This document shows, in pieces, positions 27,316 to 40,269 of a stretch of DNA of 64,000 bases. Below the pieces are notes generated by a model. That model was given only the letters and a program-made list of their open reading frames with translations, did no database searches and was not told the DNA's origin. Position 1 is the stretch's first letter. Every line of letters begins with the position of its first letter. The position numbers and the translations under genes are program-made. The DNA comes from the human T2T-CHM13v2.0 reference genome, Homo sapiens, in assembly GCF_009914755.1 (NCBI RefSeq), contig NC_060931.1; one strand, written 5' to 3'.

Positions 27316-29165
27316 AATTTATGCAAGATCTCTATGTGAGAACTACAAATCACTAATGAAAAAATCAAAAAGATCTAAATGAATGGAGAGATATACCATG
27401 GCCACAGATTGGGAGACTCAGCATATAATATGTTATTTTTCTCCTAAGTGATCTATAGATTTTCATAATAAAATCAAACTTCCAGCAGGATTCTTTGTAG
27501 ATGTAGATAAGCACATTTAAAAATTTATATTGAAAAACAAATTACCTAGAACAGCTGAAATTATTTTGGAAAAGGGAAATAGAAGAATTATACTACTTTA
27601 TTTTGAGACACATTAATTTGATAGTAATTAAAACAATATGGCATTGGCAAAAGCATAGACACAAAGACCAACAAAATAGAACAGTGAATCCAGAAACAGA
27701 CCCATACAAATATGGCCAAGTGATTTTTTTAACAAAAATGCAGAGACAATTAAATAGTGAAAAAAGTTTCTTCAATAAATGGTATTGGAACTATTGGGCA
27801 TCCAGAAGCAGAAAAACATACCTCAAATAAATCTTCCATTTTCAACAAAAATTAAATCAGAATGAATCATAAGTCTGAATATAAAACAAAACTATAAAAC
27901 ATTCAGAAGAAAATTTTGTAAACATTTTTATGACTTCAAGTTAGAAAAATATTCCCTACACATGAATCAAAAGTTCTATTATAAAATTATCAAAATTAAT
28001 AATAATAAAATTGTAACTCATAAAAAATTTTAAAATTGTTCCATGAAAGACACTGAGTAAAACATTAAAGGACAATTTATAGACTAAAGAGACAATTTTC
28101 AACCACATGTCTGACAAAGGACTTATATACAATATATTATATATATACATACTATATATTATAGTATATTATATATACATAAAATATATACTACATGTAT
28201 ACTATATACATAAAAATATATTATATATACTATATATACACAAATATATATACTATATGTATACTATTTTATTGGTCTTATATATATAGTTTCTTATATA
28301 TGTATATGAAATCTCAGTAGTAAGAAAAATTTCAAATTAATTATTGGACTCAAGGATTGGAATAGACTTTTTATCAAAGAGGATATATGGGAGCTAAAGC
28401 AGATGAAAAGGTGTTAATTGCATTACTCATTGGGGAACACAAATTTAAATGGCCAAACACCTCTGCACACCTATTAGAATGGTCACAATAAAACATAAGT
28501 CTTGGAAAGGATGATAACACCAGTGTTGATAAACAATTGGTACTCTTACACATTATTGGTGAATTTGCAAATGCCACAGTTAACATATAAAACAGTTGGC
28601 AGTTATAAATTTAAATAAACATCAATATGAAACTCAATCTCATGCATAGTTATTTACACTGGAATAATAAAAACATATGTTCATCTAAAACCCACACATG
28701 AATGTTTATATCATCTCTTTTCTTAACTTCACACACATGGAAACTACCCAAATATGCGTCAAAGGGTGAATAGCTAAACAAGAGGTGATATACATATTCA
28801 ATAGTGTACTACACAGCAGTAAAATGGAATGAACCATTGATATACACAGCAACTTGGATCAATCTGGAAGTCATTATGCGGCGTGAAAGAAGCCTGTCTC
28901 AAAAGTTTACATACTATAAGATTTTATTCTATAACATTCTTGAAAAGACAACGCTATACCAATGTAGAACAGATAAGTAGCTCCTAAAGCTTTGGAGGAG
29001 GGAGAGTTGTGACTATGAAGGAATAACACAAGTGAGATTTTTATGGTGAAGGAAATGTCATGAGTCCTGTTTGGAGAAGTGGTTACAGAATCATACACAT
29101 GATAAAATTCACTGAACCATACACACAAAAATCTATTTTTCTTTAGGTAAATAAAAAAAAGTTTA
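27316..29165 (+). mobile_element. L1MC/MD-type ORF2 C-terminal region plus 3' UTR
   Basis: gatctaaatgaatggagagatataccatgg... The ORF track gives IVIKTIWHWQKHRHKDQQNRTVNPE, which is L1 ORF2-like. Confidence 0.88.
28124..28307. repeat. Degenerate (TA)n-rich tract inside L1
   Basis: Direct reading. Confidence 0.92.
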
Positions 29166-29317
29166 AAAATGTCCGTTGTGAAGTTAGAGAAGAAAAATTA
29201 TTCTGCTTGGGATTGTTCAGGTTTCCTAAATCTATAAGTTGATTCTAGATAATTCTCAGCCAAAACCTTTTGAATATTGTTCTTTGACATTTTTCTCTTC
29301 TCTATCTAGAATTTCAA

Positions 29318-29335
29318 TTATACACACACATACAT

Positions 29336-29379
<44 letters not shown>

Positions 29380-29386
29380 TCACACA
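29318..29386. repeat. (CA)/(TA)n microsatellite
   Basis: Direct reading. Confidence 0.95.
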
Positions 29387-29524
29387 TAGCACATCATATT
29401 CTATCTCTTTACCAATGCTAAGGTTTGAGAGAGATGTTAACCTTTCAGTTCCTTTTGTCATTTTCATCTAGATCATATTCACACCAAGAAAGTATATATT
29501 TTTGAGAGATTTCAAGTAAACTCC

Positions 29525-30927
29525 TGTTTTGGGAGACCCTAAAGACCACCCTAAGTCCAAAACAATGGACTCTGCCTGTCGTTATGCTCAGAGCTATGTT
29601 TTATTATAATGAAAAGGTATTGAGAAAAATCATCAAAGGGACAAATATCAGGGGAACCCGCCCCCAATATTTCAACGTAGCTTCTTTCTATTTTTCCTAA
29701 GTATCTGAGAAATAAAGAGAAAGAGTACAAAGAGCGGAATTTTACAGCTCGGCCGCCGGGGTGACGTCACGTATCGGTAGGTTCATGATGCCCACCTGAG
29801 CCACAAAACCAGCAGGTTTTTATTAAGCGCTTCAAAAGGAGAGGGGGTGTACGAACAGGGAGTAGGTCACAAAGATCACATGCTTCATAGGGCAAAAAGG
29901 AGAACAAAGATCACATGCTTCTGAGGCCAATAAAGATCACAAGGTAAAGTGCAGGGCAAAGACCTCCCCCAGGAATGCATTCCTTCCCCAGGGTATTAAT
30001 TATTAATATTCCTTGCTGGGAAAAGAATTCAAAGATATCTTTCCTACTTGCACGTCCATTTATAGGCTCTCTGCAAGAAGAAAAAATATGGCTCTACTCT
30101 GCCAGACCCCACAGGCAGTCAGACCTTATGGTTGTCTTCCCTTGTTCCCTGCAATCGCTGTTACTCTGTTTTCAAGGTGCACTGATTTCATATTGTTCAA
30201 ACACACATGTTCTACAGTCAATTTGTACAGTTAATGCCATAGTGGTCCTGAGGTGATGTACATCCTCAGCTTACGAAGAGAAGAGGATTAAGAGATTAAA
30301 GACAGGCATAATAAATTATAAAAGTTTTAATTTTGGGAACTGACAAATGTCCATATGAAAATGAAATCTTCATAATTTAGGTTCAGAGATTGCAGTAAAG
30401 ACAGGCGTAAGAAATTACAAAAGTATTAATTTTGGGAACTGATATATGTCCATATTAAAATGAAATCTTCACAATTTATGTTCCTCTGCCGCGGCTCCAG
30501 CCAGTCCCTCCGTTCGGAGTCCCTGACTTCCCGCAACAGACAAATACATGTAGCAAAGTCCAGAGCAAATCAGCATAAGCTTCCAAGAGTCCTCATCTAG
30601 CACAACCACGAAGGATGTACTGAACTCTTTCAGTAAAGAATTATGGCAACCCCTATGAAATATTGCCCAGGGAAGATCATTAGAGGTTCAGTCCCTAAGA
30701 ATTTTATTGGGGACTAGTCACTTTGGTAATCTCTGTTTAACATATACCAAAATTTCAGACTCTCAAAAGCATAAACAACATTGCTGTGCAGTTTAGGCAC
30801 AATGAACTACTCTTATTAGTTCTGGAAATGGCATGAGGCATTCTAAAACCCAAGCTCCCAAATGTCAGTCATAGACCAAGCTTTCACGATAGCAGCTTTG
30901 GGTCTGCTGTGTTAACTTTCTCTGCAG
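29525..30927 (-). mobile_element. MER21-like LTR split by a MER11 insertion
   Basis: ttttgggagaccctaaagaccaccc...aaaatcatcaaagggacaa resumes at 30545 with aaagtccagagcaaatcag...tctgctgtgttaactttctctgca. Confidence 0.65.
29646..30538 (-). mobile_element. MER11-family (ERVK-class) solo LTR, 893 bp
   Basis: Reverse complement begins tgttgcgggaagtcagggactccgaacggagggac and ends gggcgggttcccctgata. 6-bp TSD GACAAA at 29640-29645 and 30539-30544. Confidence 0.92.
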
Positions 30928-31852
30928 AACTCCCCACCTTCTGCAGTGCTTACACTCTTTTATTTCATGCATTCTGCAACACCATAAAAAACAAGCCTCA
31001 GCATCCTCTAGGTTTCTGCTTCATAACTCTATTTATTTTTCTCTTAATTCTTACTTTGACTTAACATTTGGTTTGAGAGAATTGTATATTTTATTGCTAG
31101 ATGAACATTTTAAAGTATTTCATATATAATTGAACACTTTCAGTTGTTTTCTTTTAATTCAAAGGGTCATTCAGCATGACCTATCTACTGCGTTGAAGAA
31201 CACAAACAGTGATGTTATTTTTCATTAAAAACAAATATGATTTGCTTCATTGCATAGGCTTGTTATTTATAGTGTTAATTGCATATTGGATATGTATTAG
31301 GCAATGTCTTCAGCATCAACATTAGACAAAAGAAGAAGTTGAGCTGAAATAAAATCACCACAGATATCTTAGAAGATCTTACATTTGCTCTGGATCCAGA
31401 TGGTCCTTCAGAGTTGTTGCAATTATGGAAAGGGGCCTGTCCTTGATATACCCTCATAATCCAGCACTGAATGAGGGTGCTCCAAGAAGGAAACATGACC
31501 TTGCTCAAGGTCAAGATTTTGAGCTGAAGACAAGTCCAAGAGAGGGACCAAGCTCAGAGCTGTGAGCTGCTTCTAACTCCATTAGCTGGAGGAGTGAATT
31601 CCATAGTCCTGGGGTCCAGGGGAGAGATTGTGCACATCACTCACATATATCCATTGTAGTCTGATGAGAAACCAACAAACTGACATTAGGAAGCTTATTT
31701 TGAAGTTATTCAAATATTTCCTATTTCCTCATATATTTCTTGCAGATATCAATATACTTAAGTCATTAAACAGAAAAAAAGGTGCCTTTGTTTTATATTT
31801 TGCTTTCAAACCTTAAAAAATTTTTATTATAATTAGTTACGGACTGAGTCAT

Positions 31853-32197
31853 TGCTTTAGTCCATTTGTGCTGCAATAAAATACTACAGGTTGTCTATTT
31901 TATGTAAAAAATCAGAAATGTATTTCTCACAGTTCTGGGGGCTGGTACATTCGAGATCCAGGCACTGGCATCTGGTGAGAGCCTTCTTGCTGCACAATAT
32001 CATGACAGAAGACAGAAAGGCAAGGAGGCAAGAGGAGGCTGAACTTGTTTCTTTAAGAAGGCATTTATCCTCTGCCTGCTAAGGCAGAGTTCTCATAGCC
32101 TAATCATCTCTCAAAAGCTCCTCTTCTCAAGACTGTTACAATGGTAACTAAATTTCAGTATGACTTTTGGAGGGAATAAGCATAAAAGCATAGCAGT
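31853..32197 (-). mobile_element. MST/MLT1A-like MaLR LTR
   Basis: ttagtccatttgtgctgcaataa...atgtatttctcacagttctgggggctgg...catagca. Confidence 0.78.
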
Positions 32198-33885
32198 CAT
32201 CATCATTATCAATATTATTTTTTCCTATTTTGCAACTAAATCTTTTAACTGGGATTATCGCTTTCCTATGGGTTGATTTATTTAACTGTTTACTTCAAAA
32301 ATTTGAAGCCAAAAAATCATTTATTATTTTATTAAAAATTTCCCTGCATTTTTGGTACTCTATTTTGGCTAATTGAAAACTGGTTGCATTTTGGAAATAA
32401 ATAGAATGTGAATGAAGATAGAAATGAATGCTTTAAATTGTTTATCACATGGTGACTCAATTCTTTTGCCTCATCCTCTATTCAGATTGCTGGTAGGTCC
32501 TCCCCTTTTTGGTATGTTGCAACATCAATGTCACGTAGACTGCTTGGTGCAGACACAATCACAAACTTAAAAGAAAATGAGCACATAGAAATTACATGAA
32601 ACAACTGGCTTTATGATGCTCATCAGATAATCTACAATTTGAGGATGTGTATGTTTATCGCCCCGTTTAAAACACATGTAAACACAAATCATTCAAATTC
32701 TGGTTCACTGGCTAAAACAACTAATATGCCTTGAGAAAGAAAACTGTAGTCTCTGTTCCCTGACTTGCGTATAAGTACACTGGACCTACAGAACACCTGG
32801 GGATTTTGAATTTTATGAACTACCTTTCAGCTAATTTTGTACTTGGTCATTTTGCTCTCGCGACACAGGAGTGGAGGAAAATGTCCCCAGGGAAACCACC
32901 TGAGTTGGCTTTCCTGTGATTGTCTAAAAGTTCACTAACATTTCTATACCGTCTCAGGCATTTTAGAGACCTCCATAGAAAAGCACTAGTAGTTACATTT
33001 TAAGGATCAGGAGGTAAAAGAAAGTTCTGATCATGAAATGCTGCTGATTCATGTGTCCTGATTCCAGGAAATTTATGGCTCTAGGAGACAGGAGTCGAGG
33101 CCTTGTAGGTTGGAGATGATGACAGAGGACAAAAGGTGACAGGAGGCACCAAGGACAAATTTCACCTACTTTATTATTTTAGAGGAATAGTCCTGCGGAT
33201 GGCAGTTTTCAACAGGAGAGCCGAGGGATAAAAATAAGAAAGGGACTCCCCTTTAAGTTTGTTGAGAGAGAAAATATTTAAATAGCAGAAATTCTCCTAG
33301 AAGGGCTTTATTTCTCTTCTTGCTCACCTTTACTTATATTTCCTCAAAATGTAGTTGGTTGCAACTGCTGAGATTATGCAGTGCATAGACAAGTATCTGA
33401 TAATTATGTAACAAAGATGCCTGTTAAACAACACGACAACAGCAAGAACCACAAAACACACCACTACATGGCAAATACATAGAAATTGTTAAAAATAACT
33501 GTACCTGTTCCTAAGGATTTATTTACATCCTTTTAAAAAAATAAATCTTCAGATTTCTTTGTGCAAGGATAAACACCTGCTGCCTAATTTGAACTTAATG
33601 TGTTGCATGAAAGTGTTTACAAGAGTGTGTATTTCTAAGTTATTACAGTTAATCACAATTTTAAAGATTTTTGAGTGTTTAATTGAAGTTTAAAGTTTTA
33701 AGAAGTGTAAAAATAACTGAACTATGTTTAAGAACCCTGAGAATTGCAGATGAAATGTTAATAAAACATCAGAGAACAGATTGAATAAATTAATAGATAC
33801 AAATGAGGCTCAGATGACAAACAAGAAAAAGAACATTGAAGATTGAAAAGGCTGGAAATAAGAACAGCGACAATTCAAATGCTCA

Positions 33886-34398
33886 TTGCAGGACAGCTCT
33901 TTGGACGGTCTTGGGCCAACCCAGTTCTTTCCCCCATTTTTCTTGTAATTCTCAAGGGTAACTGCAGAAGATGCTGGGAATGCAACATCCCAAGACGAGG
34001 AGGAACTGGCTGGAGTAGCCTATCCTATCCCTTTGAGAACAGGATATTGTAGAACACTTTAGTCCAGCATGTCATGTAGCCCCTGGTTATAAAACCCAGG
34101 GTGGACTGCTTTCTGAGGCCTCTCAACCACAGAGCAAGTTGAGAATGCTGGACTCCATTCTCCCTGGGCGGCTTTCCTAAGCCAGTGTTCCAGCTTGCCA
34201 TAAATCCTGGGCTTCTCACATCCCTTGCTGCCTGTCTGGGAGTAACACATCTGCTTCATGTAACTTGCTATGTGCTAGTGCTCTGTCTCACTGGACTTAG
34301 GCAAGTGATAGAAATTGGCAGAGTCCAAGTGCAGTGTGGGAGGTGTTTGGCCTCCTTTCCTGGGACTGATACTAATGCTCAGTAATCCTGCTTCACCC
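33886..34398 (+). mobile_element. ERVL-type solo LTR (MER54/MER73-like group)
   Basis: tgcaggacagctc...gccaacccagttctttcccc...gctgggaatgcaacatcc; TATA-like tataaaaccc. Family assignment from recall. Confidence 0.55.
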
Positions 34399-34769
34399 TA
34401 AATAAATAGAGGTACCCAGATAATCAGCATGAACTCCTGGGGCTTAGGGGCTCTTCCTCTGGAGCACTGTGCTGTGCTGTATGTTGTCCTCCTGCATCGC
34501 TTCCTGTTTCATTTCCATATGGTTTCCAAAGACAATTTCCATTAGTGTTACTATTTTCAAATACCATTAGGTTGCCAAAAATATTATACCATCAAAAACT
34601 GGTGTGTTGATGTTTTGACAGTCAGGCCTATTACTAATTTAGCAAAATGTGCTACCATCCTCTAAATTAGCAACCATTAGCATTTTCTAGAGAAACTAGA
34701 TGCACTAGCTAGGGAGAGGGAAAAAGCTTGAGATAATTCCTGAGGTAAAATGAGGTAAAACAGTAATAG

Positions 34770-34980
34770 TAATTAATAATTGAACACTGACCTTACTAAA
34801 TACTCACTTTTATTGTTGTTGTTGTTGTTATTAAATTGTCACTATAATCTTGTGATCTAGGTAAATATTTCAACTTTATAGATAAAAGTTATTAAGATTG
34901 AAAAGTTAAATAGTTTTGCATAATTTTAATACTAATAAAGAAAAGGACAAAAATTCTAGCCCAGCTCTGCTTAAATTCCA
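34770..34980 (-). mobile_element. MIR fragment
   Basis: Degenerate MIR core (caactttatagataaaag...aaagttaaatagtttt). Confidence 0.5.
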
Positions 34981-35585
34981 ACTGAGTTTTAAGAGGGAAT
35001 CAGATTGTCCCACATAATTCCGAGATGCTAAAGAATATAGAAAAAGAAGAGTATGTGGATTTCATTAGGCAACAATTAGAAACTGGTTAACTTCTTCCTG
35101 TTTTTACCATTTCCACACTTGTTGGTGAAGCCTCTTTGGACAATCAGGAAGGCATTTGCATGCCCAGACTTCATTTACCACCAGCATTCATGTTGATCTG
35201 AACAGCACCTGGCGTATGTAAGAGAAGTGAGAAACAGAGGAAAAGGAATGACCCCTAGACTGTGTTTTTATATTCTCTTGCATAGTAATTATGATGAATA
35301 ATAATTAATACTTAGTCTTTCTATATAGGATGTCTGTGTGTGTGTTTATTTTTCCCATGGGGCTTTTACAGGTCAAAATTATGTACACGCCATTTTCTCA
35401 ATGTGATTTGGTGATCCCACAGGGATATGATTTCACTGTATATTACATTGTTTCACTATTAAGTCTTAAAGAAAATGGACAACCAAATGTGAATAAATGA
35501 ATGAGAGAGAGTTGATCAATTTATAAACATGAAATTATAAGAATGAGTGGGAACACATCAGTATTAAGTATGTCAACCAACCCAA

Positions 35586-35708
35586 GAAGAGAGAAAGAAA
35601 GGAAAGAACAAAGGAAGGAAGAAGAAATGGAAGGAGGAGGGAGAGAAGGAAAGAAGGAGGTAGGGAGGGAGGAAAAAGGGAGAAAAGGAAGGGAAGAGAG
35701 AGAGAAAA
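35586..35708. repeat. GA-rich (GGAA-type) polypurine tract
   Basis: Direct reading. Confidence 0.93.
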
Positions 35709-36200
35709 AACTAAAATGAGCCTACCCCGTGCAGTCAGCATTGCTGTGAAGATCTGAGATGGAGAAATTTAGAAGAGCATGTTGGGAGGTATACTGAGGT
35801 TGAAATGTCACTCTGAAAATGTACTAATCCCAGTTGTTGTGGAATGGAAGCAAAATTGTAAATTTGGTTCAGCAAAAGATTCCTTTTAGCCCAAAAATAT
35901 ATATAAAAGGAAAAAATGGACATTGTAATTCAAAATCAGCAAAACAGCATTTGACTTTACAGGCTTCTGTTTCATTTCTAATGAAATTATTCTTCCAGAC
36001 TGAGACTCTATTGCAAGCATCATTAATAACATCCTTTCCCAGAATAACTGTAGTTGTATATAGTTTTCTTCAAAATGAAATCATGTGGGGAAAAAAGAAG
36101 CTACTAAGCAATTCTTAAAGGAGTCACTAGTTGTGGGTTTCATTTTTTCATATCCATCTAAGATGAGCATACTGTTGTGTGTAGATTTTCTTCAATCAAT

Positions 36201-36215
36201 CACACGTGTGCGCGT

Positions 36216-36248
<33 letters not shown>
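36201..36248. repeat. Alternating purine-pyrimidine tract (TG/CG/CA)n
   Basis: cacacgtgtgcgcgtgcgcacacac... Confidence 0.95.
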
Positions 36249-36249
<1 letters not shown>

Positions 36250-36889
36250 ACTACAGATCCCAGAAGCATTTTGGTTTCGACTGGAAACTTAAAAAGCAAG
36301 GGTACATTTTTTTTCCTGACTCCTTCCCTTTTTCTCGTGAGTTCAGCTGTTTGAGTCACTGGTTCAAGAAGTAGCAGAGTTCTTTGTGAAAATTTTAATT
36401 TGAGAGAAGAAGAAAACAAACCAGGGTCAAGTAACATATTAGCTATGTACAAATATTTATAAGTTTTCATTGTAACCCAACAGACTAGCAGCAATTCCAT
36501 TTTAATTACAATTTCTATATACTGTAATTTGATTGGACAAAGTCTTAAATTAAATTCAGGCTTCAAGTTGACTCAAAATCTACATTTCAATACTGTAGAA
36601 CACAGTTATAAATGAAAAAAAAAAACTTGCATAGCAAAATGCCTAAAATGTTTTAGTAATACATTTGACTTTAAAAAACACTATCCATATTTTTTAGAGA
36701 AGCAGAATTTGAAAGGTTTGTTTTTCAGTCATAGAGAAAATATTATTTTTAAAATGTTAGTGACATATAGAGAAATTTTGGTAATCCCCTATTTATTCAT
36801 ATGAGATGATGCCAAATTTTACATTATAGGAGTTCATATAATCATATTGACCCTTGCAATAGTTAATAGAGTCAAAATGTATTGTTTCT

Positions 36890-37070
36890 GATGTCCCAAG
36901 CTCTGTACATTCACGCACATCTTATGGATTTTCTAAGCTATACATGAGATAAGCTCTTTTTTCTTTCTTTATAAAAATGAGACAGCTGAGACTCATCCTA
37001 GAGCACCAGTGGGAAGGAAAACCAGGCTTTGAACTCAGGCAGTCTGGTTCCAGAGCCTCTGAACCACTGT
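36890..37070 (-). mobile_element. MIR fragment
   Basis: ccaggctttgaactcaggcagtctggttccagagcc...aaccactg. Confidence 0.7.
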
Positions 37071-37968
37071 GTCTGGGGGACTCCCATTGCTACAAAATGA
37101 AACTACACCCATATAGTAGGACGGTGTGTTTGTAAAGAAATCAAAATATTAAATTCTTCAGCATTTTGACTAGAATTTAGAACAATAGTTGAACATTTCA
37201 TATGGCGAGTATCATTCGCGTGTGCACCAGTTATTTTGTGAAGTTGTTTTCCTCCTGTTCAACACTATAGAAAATAATTATAAATCTTAGCTTTCTCATG
37301 GGATTTATAATCCCCATCATGCAGCCTGAGTAATTTTGCTATCCCATGCCAGTTTTATTGTCAATAACAGCCTGGAGAAAAAATTTGCTTTGGCTTAGTT
37401 TTAATTTGTAAGTGTCCTAATCTCAACTGCACATACCAATTATATATCAAGCATTCTTTGCTCACCAGGGAGATATTGTTTAGATGCTTTTAAACTCATA
37501 TGAAACAGAAATAAGGAGGACTGAAATTGTTCCATTTGGGCTTGAGGGTGATTGGCTGTCTTGCTAAAAGATACAGATAGGCCATTAAATGTATGTGACG
37601 GTTGGGGGATGCGTATGTGCTTATGTGTGCTAAATGCCTATGCTACAGCCTGGGAAGGAAATTATAATTTATATATTTGAGTTCTCAGAAATAAAGGTTT
37701 CTGAGACTTAGCATCAATAAAATATTTGTTCTGTATTTTGGGGTCCTAATTCCTGGATGTTGAACTTGTTGAGCAATCTTGAGAGTTACATGGGTGGTAA
37801 TAGTAGTTTTAGCCTTTCTACATTTTGAGCAGTTTTAATTTAGTATCATGCTCAATTGCCATACCATAAGCTAAAATTTAATGTTCATGGATTGCATTCC
37901 CAGCCCTATCATGAGATTATTTCTTACATGTGTACTAGATATCATATAGGTCTCTAGAATGTGTGAGA

Positions 37969-38127
37969 CTTCCTTTCTTCCTTCTTTCCTTTTTTATTCT
38001 TTCCTTTCCTTTTCCTTCCTTCTTTCCTTCCTTCCTTCCTGCCTGCCTGCCTTCCGGCCTTCCTGCCTTCCTGCCTGCCTTCCTGCCTTTTCCCTTTATT
38101 CTATTGTATTTCTTTTCTTTTTTCTTC
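37969..38127. repeat. CT-rich (TTCC/CCTG)n tract
   Basis: Direct reading. Confidence 0.93.
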
Positions 38128-38139
38128 AAGGGATAAATT

Positions 38140-38355
38140 TTTAGGGTACAATGTAATGTGTGCTAATTGTGTTGGTTTGAATGCTGGCTCCACATGCATT
38201 AGTTGCATGAATGTTGTCATACCATTTACTCTCTGCATGCCCATGATTATCCATGATGATCATAAAGGATGTCACCAAGATGAGCTGTTGTGAGAATTAA
38301 TGGGAAAAATACATAGTAAGCAACTAGAAAAGTGCCCAGCTCTGTTGTTATTATA
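38140..38355 (+). mobile_element. MIR fragment
   Basis: ggtttgaatgctggctccac...gctgttgtgagaattaatg...aaagtgcccagc. Confidence 0.65.
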
Positions 38356-38504
38356 AATTTGTTAGTAATTTATTGTTACTCTATTATCAATTTAACATGT
38401 ATGCACTGAGTGGCGAATATATTCTAGCCACTCTATTCTAATGGTGAAAATTGCCAAGGTGGGTACGTGTAAGTCACAATCAGTACATAGTTTGGTGGAC
38501 TTTT

Positions 38505-38795
<291 letters not shown>

Positions 38796-38814
38796 AGTTT
38801 GGTGGACTTTTTTA

Positions 38815-39298
38815 TAGAAATGGTCACAATCGCCACACACTTTCGTGTCCCCCTCAGAATCCCAGTCCTTGGATACTTGAACAGTCTCCTCCCACATTGA
38901 CTCTGGGCTTCACATATGACCAGTTTTGGCCAACAGAACAAAAGCCAAGGTGATTCAAGTAGGGACTATGAAAGTCCTTGCACATAGGAGTTTGGATTTT
39001 CTCTTGCTGCAGTCAATAACTCTGCCACCACCATGCTGGTAACAAGTTAGATTAACCTGCTAAGCACTTGGCCTCACCTAGCCCAATTTCTTCCGTTTCC
39101 CCTGCCAACCATGCATCAGCCACCCAACATGTGAGACCATGGACACCAGCTGACTGCAGACCTATGAATGTGCCCAGTGTGCACCATGGGGAGCATCGAT
39201 GAGCCTTATCAGCTAAACAGAGCCCACATTACTACCCACAAGGACTGTGAGCACCAGGCTTCTATGTGGCTTGTTATACAGCAGACAATAACTGATAT
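38815..39298 (+). mobile_element. MLT1 (G/H-like) LTR
   Basis: cccacattgactctgggctt...ttttggccaacagaac...ttgttatacagcagacaataactgata. Confidence 0.7.
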
Positions 39299-40269
39299 AT
39301 GTAAGTTATTTATCTAGATTTATGTTTTTGTGAATTCATACTGGAATGAGAGAGGCCTATCCAGGCCAAGAACTCCTTAGCATACTGCTCATAGCATCAT
39401 GATGCTTTCTCAGTAGGTGAAATTCTCATCTAACTCAGAATGTCTTACCATCTTTAATCTCTCCAGGAAACATTACTTAAAATGATGGCAGGATGATTTC
39501 ATTCACCCTACTCTAGGTTCCACAATTTCCTTTATCTCATCAAGGATACTAGGATGTTCTTTGATGGTAACTATAGCATAAAAGCATCTTAATTGCTTTT
39601 TTTTAACATGTAAATGAGAGTCCATGGGGTAGGAGATTGCAGCATATATGGTAACATTACTGCTGAACTTGGAATTATTTCCATCTTATTACAAAAATAT
39701 AATATTGATTTGAATATACAATTCAAATTTATTTTAAATGATACTTTTTATAACTTATTATGTTTAAGTTTCAAAAGTAGTATTAAAAATCATTAGATAC
39801 ATTCCTTACCTTCTCTGTATTCTTCTCTTAATTTGTGTCTTATTTTAGAAAGAAGTATGATTTTAAAAAAGACAGAGAACAAATCCTAAACATCTCTCTG
39901 GATATGTATTATTTAATTTAGTATATCTCTCATATACTATAAGGCAGATCTTGTAAAGAAAGAAGACACAAAAGGAGGAGATATGGAATGATAGGCAGTA
40001 TTTTTAAAAAGATATTAAGTAATGTATTTAAATGTTCTTATATATATTTCATTTGTTTCTCACAATATCCCTATGATGTAGCCATTTTAATATGACTTTT
40101 GAGAAATGCAATAATTAGGTTGTATAGAGATTATGTGATTGCTCATGATTCTATTGACAGAAAGTAATGGGAACAAGGTTTCAATGTCCTTGACTTCTGC
40201 CTTCTGTCATAGAGGACCCATTAAGAAGATTGCAGAGGACCACAATTTAAAGAAAAGATAAACATCATA

